NCBI GenBank assembly: GCA_951406725.2
Contig: OX597825.1
Span: forward strand, 32,488,001-32,552,000
Source of the DNA: Octopus vulgaris
Taxonomy: Eukaryota
Length of the DNA stretch: 64,000 bases
Reading direction: 5' to 3'
Made by a program: the position numbers and the translations under genes. The notes beneath the pieces were generated by a model. It was not told where the DNA came from. It did not search any database and saw only the letters and a list, made by a program, of their open reading frames with translations. This document shows, piece after piece, positions 11,085 through 24,545 of this stretch (positions within the stretch are counted from its first letter, which is position 1; every line of letters begins with the position of its first letter).

Positions 11085-11900
11085 CACTGGGGGATATTTT
11101 CGAAAACATTTTTGGTTATCTAGCTTTTAACAATTAGTCCCACCCAATTTGATGGTGCGCGGTTCAGAAATGCTCTGAGAAATTTTCTATTACGCCAAGT
11201 TTTTCGTTAAACAGGAACGACTTATTTTTACCGAAAACTGTCAATTTTGCCATTAAATGCAAAAGTGAAATAAGAAACTAAAACAAGCCAAATGGAACTT
11301 TTTGTGTTTAAGAAACACATTACGCAAACTGTTTAAGTACACTCCTTAGGATACGTATTTCTGTCAAACTAGAGTTTCATCTACTCAAGGAGTGAATTTT
11401 CTCTTTGCTGCTTTGAGTGAATAACTTGCATCACCGCAGTTTCTTTGCAGAGACCAACAGTAGCCATCCATCATGTTTGTGTTCTACCTGCCTTGACACC
11501 AAGTCTGCATGGTCTCGATGTCTTGGTGAAATATTTCTCATCACTTATCGCACTATGATTTTCGGAGAAATTGTACAGACCACTGTGCAAGAAAGACACT
11601 TTTACACTGACGTTGCATCCCAGTGCTCGAAAAGTGGTTTACAAGGTCTGCACAAATTCTTCATAATTTGATGACTTCTTGTTTCCCAGGAAATTTGATA
11701 CAACTTCAGCAAAAGCATTCTATGCTTCTTTTTCAGTGCCAAAAATGGTCTCGAATATGCCATAAAGCGTAGTCGATGACCTCAGAGATGAGTTGTACTT
11801 ACTACTAATAAACAGAACAGATATTCCGCAAGGGATACAGGAATATGTCAACAGATGGATTAAACATTGAAGAATAGGTGTCTCAGCGATGAGTACAGTG
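11085..11900 (-). pseudogene. Highly decayed Chapaev3-type transposase 3' part with CACTG terminus
   Basis: Manual translation of the minus strand gives LGCNVSVKVSFLHSGLYNFSENHSAISDEK/FHQDIETMQ..CQGR*..MMDGYCWSLQR, matching the C-terminus of the 56345-58016 transposase. CACTG at 11085. Confidence 0.7.
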
Positions 11901-12169
11901 GACTGAGTACGATTAATTGATTGTTACACCACTAGGCTTCCATCGTAAGAATTAGATTGACATTCGTCCAACTCATTTGGTCAAAGTCTTAAACTGTCAC
12001 GCACAAACGCAGACACGCGCGCACACACACATATATTTGTCTGTGTGTGCGTAATATGTACACACATAGATATATTTATATTTATATGTATATTATTGAT
12101 GATTCTACTTGGGTATAGTAGTTATATAACTTCTAATACTTTAAACTCTTTTATTGATTAAAAATATGT

Positions 12170-12243
12170 ACTATATATATATATACATATATAGTATACT
12201 TATGTATATATGCTTACATACATAATATACTAATGTACTAACG

Positions 12244-12292
<49 letters not shown>

Positions 12293-12312
12293 ATATATAT
12301 ACATATATATAC

Positions 12313-12395
<83 letters not shown>

Positions 12396-12452
12396 CATAT
12401 ATATATATACATATATATATATACATATATATATATACATATATATATATAC

Positions 12453-12507
<55 letters not shown>

Positions 12508-12560
12508 CACACACATATGTATATATATGCACATATATATAACACGCACATATATATAAC
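12170..12560. repeat. Compound (TA)n/(TACA)n microsatellite
   Basis: Direct reading; source of the YIYI-type ORFs. Confidence 0.97.
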
Positions 12561-13055
12561 TTACCATAGTCACCAACAACCTCGCCCTCACAAAAGAACA
12601 AAATGGCGACATAACTAATGTAGGTGATCTCAAAAAACTTTATTGAAATTATTATCGATTATAGCCAAATGGAAAGAACAGAATCATTAGAAAATAGCTA
12701 TTCATCTGCAGAAAGTATATTTGACAAGATATCATGAGAACTGGCAACGGGTTTATTGATAAGTGGACGCCGTTGCCACAAAACTTTTCTTCCTCCTGCA
12801 ACCATCAAAAACCAATGCGAACAAAGTAATAAATAAATAAATAAATAACAACACAAACTAAAAACAAAGGCAATATAACGTAAATAAAATTCGATATTTT
12901 TCCTTTTTTTGTTAGAAAATATAATAATTTTGACAAAGATGTATTTACCTCAATTATTGAAAATAAAATTATATGTAAGCTCATAGCAATTTTATAAATG
13001 CGTAGTGTATTTTATATACAAACACACATATACGCACACATATATATGTATGTAT

Positions 13056-13107
<52 letters not shown>

Positions 13108-13155
13108 ACATATACTCACACAGTATACATGTATAGATACAAATTTATGTCTGTC

Positions 13156-13189
<34 letters not shown>

Positions 13190-13320
13190 AACATACACAC
13201 ACACATATACATATATATATATATTTATATATATTTCATCTTCATGATTGGTAATATAAGTATCTCTACGTCATTATATCTGTATTTCTTTGTTTGCTTG
13301 AGTTTGTGTGCGTGTGTGTA

Positions 13321-13398
<78 letters not shown>

Positions 13399-13554
13399 TG
13401 TGTTCAGAAATAATAAACGATTGTTTCGACATGAAAAAACAATTTTTTACAACTTTAATAACTCACTTTTGTAGCGTAAATTATTTTTATAGATTTCCAC
13501 ATCACACGATAGTCCTGGCTCCTGCTTGACAAGATATGCTTGAAAGTTCGTCGT

Positions 13555-13688
13555 AATAATGATAATGGTAATGATGATGATGATGATGATGATGAGGATG
13601 ATGATGATGATGAAGAGGAGGAGGAGGATATTTATTACAGTCGAAAACTGTACGGGGCATCGAGAGAGTGTGAAATTATAAAACATGA

Positions 13689-13750
<62 letters not shown>

Positions 13751-13861
13751 ATGGTTTCAAATTTTAGCAGTTTAGGAGAGGGGCAAGTCGACTGTTATTT
13801 ATCATCATCATCATCATCATTATTATTATTACTATAATTATTATTATTATTATTATTATCA

Positions 13862-13928
<67 letters not shown>

Positions 13929-13939
13929 CATCAGCATTA

Positions 13940-14003
<64 letters not shown>

Positions 14004-14020
14004 CATCATTAATATTATTA
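13555..14020. repeat. Trinucleotide microsatellite cluster (GAT)n, (AGT)n, (ATT)n
   Basis: Direct reading. Confidence 0.97.
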
Positions 14021-14547
14021 TTGAGTGAGAGAGCAGTGCATGCCATTAAAAGGGACACTGGGGTAAAATATACAAAGTCCAGTATACCCATCGTGACTAC
14101 CCGTCTGATAACACATGCATCACAACCCTATGTGCATGACATCGTGATCTCATATCAAGATAAACAGCGCATGATCTTGCAGGTGGAGCCCACTTAGAAT
14201 TTTCTTCAGGATGAGTAACCCATCCTGCTCAAAAGGACTCGTAATAAGGTTTGTTTAAGGTTGTTGAACGAAACACCTATGTTTCCAAAGGTGAATTAGC
14301 CAAAGCCCAAAGAAATCCTCTTAATCCATGTCTATGATGCTCCCCCACTGCTTCTGCCCATGATCAGAGATACACATATCGTCAGTTACCAAGGGACATG
14401 CTCAACTGGTTAAGGTCCAACAACTGACAAGCAAATCTATGGCACTGAGCAGGATATTTCCTGTAGCCCCTCTTTTATACCATAACAAATAATAACACTT
14501 CCAATCTGTTAAGATCAGAAGCCACGACAGACGCTACCTGGTACTGC
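14021..14547 (-). mobile_element. ~530-bp non-coding interspersed repeat inserted in (TAA)n
   Basis: Reverse complement of 38192-38737 (AGTACCAGG...GCTYTCTCACTCAA), flanked on both sides by (ATT)n. Confidence 0.8.
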
Positions 14548-14624
<77 letters not shown>

Positions 14625-14849
14625 CTACAAGGGAGGACGAATAAAGAGATAGATTACAATGACATGTTAAAAATGTGTGTGGTGGAGTACAAAAATTTAA
14701 ATGAAAACGAGACAAAGTGTTTTTCATAATGTGTAAATGTATGATAGATCTTTTTCCAGAGAAACTCCACAGAACCAGGATTTCCCTAATTAATGAAGGT
14801 AACTACTTTCTGTTAGTTGATATTTTCGACCTTCAAGTGCATGTTGAGT

Positions 14850-16860
14850 GTCATCTTTAATTCAGGACACGTTCGCTATTGTCGCCCTCCCCACTTAAGA
14901 CATTTTCTGAAGGAGGAAACCAACCTTACTACCCTCACCAACATTTTAAAGTGAAACGTGAAAACCTCGTTGAACGTTTGGGCAAGAACGAATTGTCGGT
15001 CTTCAGTCTGTTCGTCTATTCAGTTTCCTCTATCCTGCAGCCTTTTACACCGGAGTTACTGGACGGAAGAAAATTGCCAGGCATCCACTCTTGACTTTCA
15101 TTTGACTGCAAATTCATCAAAGAGACGCGCTGCAGAGAAAAAGTGCCAGATAAAGAGAGGACGCCACATAACCTCATATCAACAGCCTAGTATACCGAGC
15201 TCTCCTTGAAGGGGATTTTGACAGCAAATGGACCGCCGATCAATGAAATTGCGTCGTTTCTACAAGGAGTGGGGAAAGCAGACTCTTGAATCTTGCCAAA
15301 AGGCCGACCGGCGATAATCGAGGAAATGGATTTCTGAATGAGAATAACCACATTATTTGTAACTTCATCTCAGTGCTCTAAATGGAGAACCGGGCTGAGC
15401 TACACTCCAAGCAGTTTAACAAATGGATCGGTCCAAAGCCCCACGACGTTGTCTAATGGCATGGATTTACTCCTCCAGATGCCTACGCACCACTCCAACG
15501 ATTTATCTAGGCTAATCTCTTTTACTTGTGTTACTGTTTGTATTCTTTTAGAACGATGATCGTGACTTCTGTAGTGTTAGATATCATTTCATTGACATCG
15601 TTCGCATACACCGAAACTGCTCTCCCACGCCTCACTTCAAAAGGATGTCGCTCAACAACTCTAATTTTTGCAGCAGTGGTGTGAGTGGGAACACATGCAG
15701 AAGTTACAGAGGACACATTTAGCGCGGACCGAGTGCGTAATTCGACACGATTCCGAGATGTGACCATTTAGTCTACTAAACAGATGTCACAGCATATTGA
15801 AACGAGAGCGAAACTGAATGCTTTGTTGACAGTTTCCGACTCTTTCGAAAGCCTTTGACTGATCCAAATTAATCAAGTCGAAAACCCAGCTGAAGCCATG
15901 TTTGTCAATCACTTTCTGTATGATGTATTGCATGAGGAGGAAGGTGTATCGGATGAGACGGAGGATGCATCGTATCAGGTGGAGGACGTATCACATTAGG
16001 TAGAGGATATATCGGATGAGGTGGAGGAGATATCAGATGAGGTGAAGGATGTATCGCATGAGATGGAGGATGTATCGCATGAGGTGGAGGATGTACCGCA
16101 TGAGGTGGAGGATGTACCGCATGAGGTGGAGACCTCTATCGTCCAGGTCCATCGAACGGGTTTTCCCCACGCGTTTTAGAACACGTGACTAAGCTCTGAT
16201 AACACACATTGAAGAAATTGTCGAGAGCCGTTTTTGCCACGAGTACATGGTGCGGCAGATAGCTCTCACCTCTTACAGGTCTGCAAACATCAGATCAGCA
16301 AGCAAATGTTGTGCACTGGTCAAAATCATAATGGTCACTTCAAAAACAATCAAGGAAAAAAGCAAGAAACATTACCTACATGAAGTCACCATTGTTAAGA
16401 TATCACTGAAGCAACAAAATAGAAGATTTTTTTGCAACGCTCTGTATATACTCATACTATAGTTTGCACACTTACTACCCACGTTCGACCTATTCCGCCC
16501 TGTCAACAGTTCCTTGCGGAAAGCTTTTCATTATTATTCATTTGCCATCTTCAGAGCGGTTTGTTAACTCAGCATCTGTAAACTCACGCCTCCTAACGCC
16601 GCCTGCCGATTAACTAGCTTACTAATCTGGTCACTGTATCCGAAGAAGACTCGTTCAGCTTCCAGGAACCGAATCCCTGTCTCTACGTTTTATCTAGATA
16701 CAGCATTATATCACAAATTTGCATTCAAAGTAGCCCTCACCTGCTTACATTGTGAACATCCTATGGTACCGCTATACGCTGACCTAACAACAAAAGAATC
16801 TATAAATGTATGATCTCGAGGACCCGATATGGTTGCTCTATGTATATCTGGTGAATTCAA
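14850..16860 (-). pseudogene. Decayed L1/Tx1-clade LINE ORF2 (endonuclease end to RT)
   Basis: Minus-strand peptides in the expected order: GFGSWKLNES (~16650), LMQYII, LINLDQSKAFERV (~15850), LNGHIS..ITHSVR, VSVYANDV (YADD-like, ~15600), VKLLGV. Many stops and frameshifts. Confidence 0.7.
15922..16131. repeat. 21-bp minisatellite, ~10 units (GAGGTGGAGGATGTATCGCAT)
   Basis: Nine full units plus two half units counted by eye. Confidence 0.92.
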
Positions 16861-18640
16861 GAAACACTTTACCTATTTGATGGAATTGTCTGAACAGGTT
16901 TGTGAGGGTTTTGCATCTCCTTTTCTTTTCCAAACAAGAGGACAATCACATACACAAAGTTCTGAATTGATGCAGCGCACCAAGGGCATCAAGTTCTCTC
17001 TGTAGTTTCTTACCGCACGTTTATAGCAACTGTAATCATAATCAGAGTAAGCTCATTTAGCTTAATCAATCCTGCAGCGCTCAACCAGCTTTCTTCAAAT
17101 ACACTGGATGATAGTGTCCTCCTATCCATCTTTTATTGATTATGGCTTGGCCAGAGATTAAGTATGCTGCCCTTAGGCTGTTTGACAACGTCCACTACAC
17201 AACTTCCTTTGCCATGACCACCAGAGTAGCTACTCTTCTCTTCGTTTCTCAGTTGATGTGGTGTTCTTAGGTTTAATCAATCTTAGGTTAATATGGTGTT
17301 CTTAGGTTAATCAATCCAATAATTCGATGAAGTGTGAAATTTGGCTTCAGTAAAGAATCGAAACTGTATTGCAGACTCTTGCTCAATAGAAAATTGTCTC
17401 TACGATTGCAAATTAACTAGTGAAACTTGTAGAAATTTTACGTTTTCTGAATGTTCTCTTTTACTTTTGTGTTTGGATGCATAAATTTATAGATCTTCAT
17501 AATATTATTTAAAATTTTAATTGCTTCGCTGAATGTCTCCCATAGTTAAAGTTGTATAAAACATAACACCGAATATGTTTCCTCCCGTTAAAGAGTTCAA
17601 TTATCTTTCAAATTTTGGTCCATGATTAAAGCCGCTGAAATCGTAGCACTAGTATTTGTTCCATTATGTTAAGTATATAAATTATGTCTTCGATTGTCTC
17701 TCATTAATTCCGGAATCGATAAGATAAGTACCAGTGACGTGCTGGTGACGATATAATCGACTCGCCTCTTCTCCCAAAATTCTAGGTTTTGTGCCTATAG
17801 TCGAAAAAGATTATGGTAATATTCCAATTATATCTCCGATTTTGTTCCATAGTTAACCTTATTAAAAAAACGTTACACTCGAACACATCTCACGAGCGGT
17901 AAAGTATTATTATTATAGACGTTATTTCAATCAATAATAAGAAACCGATGCTGTTGGATGATAATTGAAATATTCTATTTTGTGATGACTCAATGTCGAT
18001 TAAGCGTTTTATGTATCTAGGTGGGCGTCGACGAGGTTGGGGAGATATGAAATTTCCGTATCAGTAATTAACAAATCGTAACATATTGTCCAGATTTATT
18101 GCGATTAAGATTTATAGCTAAAAGCCAAACATTTGATGAAAGAGACTCTTTTAAGCTTCATTCGTCCTCGATTGGTAATAAAATTATCACGTTAAATTTA
18201 ATTAGCCGCAATTAACCTGTTAATATCGAATTATTAAGTAACAAGCTCTGAGATACTGTTGAAGGATCTCCAAGTTAATTTTCTTCCAATTTAATTTACT
18301 TTTTAAAGGAACAACTCCTCAATATGGTCGTTCGACCATTTAGAAATAGCAGCCAAAATGGTTGCTCGACCGTTTAGAAATAGCAGCCAAAATCCTGTGT
18401 TTTAAAAAGAAAAATGAAGGACAGTTTGGATAATGCATGCGTTGATGCAGCATGCTTGAAAAAGAAAATAAACCGAGCTGAGATGTGGTTACGTAGTGAA
18501 GGAGTTTGCTTCATAACCACGTGAATCTGAGTTCGTTCTCATTGGGCGGCGTGCTGAGCAACAATTGGACATCATATACTCAAGGTGACTGATATCTTGT
18601 GAGTGGAAATCGGCCCACGGAAACTGCAAGTCTCTCTCTG

Positions 18641-19796
<1,156 letters not shown>

Positions 19797-19853
19797 TACA
19801 TATATATATACATATATATACATATATATATACATATATATACATATATATAT

Positions 19854-19916
<63 letters not shown>

Positions 19917-20384
19917 CATGCATGTATGTGTGAGAAACAGTGGGTAGACCTCGCGAAAGTTCCTGTCGTCTTGAGCAACTTCAACAATGTGTGCCACATC
20001 AAATAGTCTCCCTTTCCCAAGAGCTTCAGGATCAAAACCATCGCCTGTATTAGGTACTGAGGCAGGCAAGGGGAACGCTCTGGGATGAAAGATTATCAGC
20101 GACATACTTTAATATCACGACAAATAAAATAGAAACTTTTACTTTAATGTTATCCTTAGAACCAATCAGCGTGACAAGATGTAAGCGACAAGATTAATAC
20201 TTGGAATTGCATGTAGAAGCTATCGGACAGGATTACACATGGTTTCCTTTCACCTACAAAAGCATTGGTTGACCCCGAGGTTATTATAAAAGACACTGGT
20301 GAAACATATCATGTAATGAAATTGAGTCTGGAGCTTTTGAATTGAATCTGGTGTCTATTGACTATGATATGTTTAAATGTATAC

Positions 20385-20641
20385 TCTTTACTCTTTTACT
20401 TGTTTCAATCATTTGACTGCAGCCATACTGGAACACCGCCTTTAATCGAGTAAATCGACCACAGGACTTATTCTTTGTAAGCCTACTACTTATCCTATCG
20501 GTCTCTTTTGCCGAATCGCTAAGTTACGGGGGACGTAAACAGACCAGCAGCGGTTGTCAAGCGATGTTGGGGAGACAAACACAGACACACAAACACACAA
20601 ACACACCCGCCCACACACACAAACACATGCACACACACACT

Positions 20642-20675
<34 letters not shown>

Positions 20676-20833
20676 CATATACATATATACAACAGGCTTC
20701 TTTCAGTTCTCGTCTACCAAATCCACTCACAAGGCTTTGGTCGGCACTTGCCCAAGGTGCCACGCAGTGGGACTGAACCCGGAACCATGTGGTTGGTAAG
20801 CAAGCTACTTACCACACAGCAACTCCTGCGCCT
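20385..20833 (-). mobile_element. Near full-length octopus-type tRNA-derived SINE
   Basis: Minus strand: GGCGCAGGAG..GCTGTGTGGTAAG..CCGGGTTCAGTCCCACTGCG, internal TG tract, tail GAAACAAGTAAAAGAGTAAAGAG. Confidence 0.9.
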
Positions 20834-20865
20834 ATATTTATCTAAATGTATTTTGTATATATACC

Positions 20866-21152
20866 GATAGAATAAGTACTGGGCTTACAAAGAATAAGTC
20901 TCGGAGTCGATTTGCTCGACTAAAGGCGGTGCTCCAGTATGGCCGCAGTCAAATGACTGAAACAAGTAAAAGAGAAAAAATAAAAGAGAATGCGATGGGC
21001 TTCTTCTAATTTCCGTGTACCAAATCCGCTCATGACTTTGGTGGGTCCATACTTTTAGTATAAGACACTTCCTTAAGGTGCTCTGCAGTGGGACTGAACA
21101 CGGAACCATGTAGTTGGGAAGCAAGCTTCTAATAATATAACTTCGCCTGCGC
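20866..21152. mobile_element. Two SINE fragments of the same family (3' tail on +, 20866-20975; 5' head on -, ~20995-21152)
   Basis: Match to segments of 20385-20833. Confidence 0.8.
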
Positions 21153-23584
21153 CTCTGTGTGTGTGAGTAGAAAGAAAGAGAGAGAGAGAGATACAGAGAG
21201 AGAGAGATACAGAGAGAGAGAGATACAGAGAGAGAGAGATACAGAGGGAGAGAGACACAGAGAGAGAGAGAGAGGGGCAAACTCAAGAGGCGGCATGAAT
21301 GTCATATATCATTAGCTTGTTTTGATCAAAAGTGGCGAATGTGTGAAGAAGTAGAAATTCTCTAATTAGGTACAGATTTCTCACGAATATTTTACTCTCT
21401 CATCATTACACAAACATAAGCGATTGAACAAGTAAATTAAAGGAAATAGACAAAGTACGCCTGAAATTTTAGGTCGACAAATATATGACACTAAAGTGAT
21501 AAGGTAAGTAAAATATTTCTCTTATATTTTATCTCAAGGTTAAAAGACGTTGCCCGAAACCAATCGAGGTCTTTTCAGTTCAGATGACTGCAGGATAAAT
21601 ATGATTAATGTTAAAAAGTTAAACAATATTAAGAGGTGAGAATTAATCGAAAACGTAGCTAGAAATGAGTTTTCTATGATGGTTTTTCGTCTTTAGAAGT
21701 AAATACAGACATTAAAAGACAATGTTTAAGAATGGTTGATGGTTTTGGTGAAAGTTAATACATTGGTGAAGACACAATTATAGTGATGTGAAAAGAAAGG
21801 AAGTAGGTGCAGTAACAGGAAATGACGTACAGATAAGCAACTAAGTGTAAAAGGGAGAGAGAGGGAGAGAAAGAGAGAGTAGGAACACCGTTTAATGCAT
21901 ACGTAATATAGTGAGTAGAAAAACTTCAGAGATTAGCTGTGAATTAGTAGAGAAAAACTCCCCTAGGGGTGTGAAAAATCTACAAAAAAAAAAAAGAATA
22001 AAAAAGGGAAAAGAAAAATGAAGGTCCAAGGGAGATAACTTCAATAATACTTTCTGTTATAGGCACAACGCCTGAAATTTTGCGGGCGGGAACTAGTCAA
22101 TTAAATCGACCCAGTGCTTAATTGATTTAATTGTTTTATCGACCCGAAAGGATGAAAGCAGGTAACTTTAATAAATATCAAGGAATTTATATTTTAGAAA
22201 GTATAGACGATGCGATAAATTCATACCACTCTGTGTATTGATGGCGAATTACTAGAGACTTTGCAGCATCGGACAGAGCACCTTGTTGCTCTCCACGTTC
22301 TTCGTTCAAATCCTGCCGAGGTCAACCTCTCCTCTCATCCTTTCAGAGGCGATAAATAAAGTACCAATCCAATCCTGAGGGTCGACTCTTCTCTTTTCTA
22401 CTTTTTTTTACTCTTTGTTAAAAAATAAGCTGTCAGGCTTGGTGAGGGAGGGGTTCCGTCAAGTTTAGGTGCTTATGACGCCCATTCGATCATTACTGCG
22501 CCCTTAGGACTATTTCGGAAGTTAAGGATCCTTAATTTTAAAGATCTGTGTAGATGGCCCAGACACTTCATACAAAGTAATGGACTGGTCAATAAGCGGA
22601 AAATGTACTACACATGATGTCTGTTATACTGCATCCCGTATGATTACCCACTGCATTCCGGTGTGTATGTGGAGGGGAGGGCAGTATCTCAGCCAGTGAA
22701 TTGTTCAAACGTGTGTCTGAGACAACAGGTCTATAAGACTGGTTTATTTATTCATCGACCTCATGGTTACGATAGGTCTGCTCAATGAGATTTCATCCTG
22801 GGATTACAACTTCCACTAGCCTCACAGCCATCCTACCAGCCCTACCGTCACCACCATCAACACTATAACACAACAACATCACCATCACCACCATCACCAC
22901 CACAACCACCACCACCACCACCACCACCACCACCACCACCACCACAACAACAACAACAACAACAACAACCACAACAACAAAAACGTACTGAAATAGGAAG
23001 TCTAGTTGATGTTTTGTTTCGATTATTTTAAAATATGACTTATTCAAAAGATTCAGAAGGGTGCCCATAACCCCTATTTTTTGGAGGGCCTATAAGTACA
23101 AAGGAAGGAAGTCATCCCTACTCAAATGTTAGCGTAGAATAGGATTCCTCCAAAGTGATGGATTAAGTCTAAGCCAAGAGAATAGGAAGGTTCTTCCAGC
23201 AGACCTCCATGCAGTTTCTGTCGATAAAACTTCTTTACAAAGCTTTGCTCGATGATTGGACATGCCTGTAGTGTCATGTATTAAGATCGAAACTGGGACC
23301 ACAGAGGAACTGCTTAACCACACGGCTATGCCTCCTGCGGTATTGTTTAGTAACAGCACGTGGAATTCAACTCTATGCAGGCATTTGGATCAAGTCTTTA
23401 GCCTGGAAATGACTTCCTCCTTTTGTTCTTGTAGGCTCTCGAAAACTAAAAAGGCCACAGGTACTGCCTTTAATTTTTGATTAAATCATTCATTTATTCC
23501 GGTGCCGTAAAATTCCTGTGTTCTCACGGCATTGCAATATTGCAATTCAATGCCAAATCTTTTAATAATATTTCAAGAAAGAAG

Positions 23585-24545
23585 TTTCGTCTGTCTTTAC
23601 GTCCTGAGTTCAAATTCCGCCGAGGTCGACTTTGTCTTTCATCCTTTTGAGGTCGATAAATTAAGTACCAGTAGCATTTTGTGGTCGTTATAATCGACTG
23701 GCGCCCTCCCCCAAAATTTCGAGCCTTGTGCCAAGAGTAGAAAAGAATATTTAAAGGCGGCGAGCTGGCAGAATCGTTAGCACGCCGGGCGAAATGCTTA
23801 GCGGTATTTCGTCTGCCACTACATTCAGAGTTCAAATTCCGCCGAGGTCGATTTTGCCTTTCATCCTTTCGGGGTCGATAAATTAAGTACCAGTTACGGA
23901 CTGGGGTCGATATAATCGACTTAATCCGTTTGTCTGTCCTTATTTGTCCTCTCTGTGTTTAGTCCCTTGTAGGTAGTAAAGAAATAGATATTTCGTCTGC
24001 CGCCACGTACTGAGTTCAAATTCAGCCGAGGTTGACTTTGCCTTTCATCCTTTCGGGGTCGATTAAATAAGTACCAGTTACGCACTCGGGTCGACTTAAT
24101 CCGTGTGTCTGTCCTTGTTTGTCCCTTCTGTGTTTAACCCCCTGTGGGTAGTAAAGAAATAGGTATTTTGTCTGCCTTTACGTTCTGAGTTCAAATTCCG
24201 CCGAGGTCGACTTTGCCTTTCATCCTTTCGGGGTCGATAAATTAAGTACCAGTTACGGACTGGGGTCGATATAATCGACTTAATCCGTTTGTCTGTCCTT
24301 GTTTGTCCCCTCTGTGTGTAGCTACTTGTGGGCAGTAAAGAAATAAGAAACGCTAGCTCTCCGGGCGGAATGATTTGCGGTATTTCGTCTGCCGCTACGT
24401 TCTGAGTTCAAATTCCGCCGAGGTCGACTTTGCCTTTCATCCTTTCGGAGTCGATAAATTAAGTACTAGTTGCGTACTGGGGTCGATCTAATCGACTGGC
24501 TCCCTCCTCAACATTTCGGGCCCTGTGCCTAGAGTAGGAAAGAAT
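23585..24545 (+). mobile_element. Tandem array of tRNA-derived SINE modules (five B-box/central-domain units)
   Basis: GAGTTCAAATTCCGCCGAGGTCGACTTTGCCTTTCATCCTTTCGGGGTCGATAAATTAAGTACCAG recurs at ~23607, 23828, 24012, 24187 and 24404. Head GGCGGCGAGCTGGCAGAATCG at 23756. Confidence 0.9.

Noticed and set aside
15922-16131. 21-bp repeat as CRISPR or as an acidic coding repeat (EVEDVSH)
   Set aside because: No spacers; the + frame contains a stop; explained as an expansion within a LINE RT on the minus strand.
19930-20105. Protein-like minus-strand peptide (GDGFDPEALGKGRLFDVAHIVEV)
   Set aside because: Short, no recognised family, no convincing splice sites, runs into microsatellite.
23585-24545. 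Regularly spaced repeats resembling a CRISPR array
   Set aside because: Units are ~180 bp, the intervening parts are also repeated, they contain Pol III B boxes, the context is eukaryotic and there are no cas genes.
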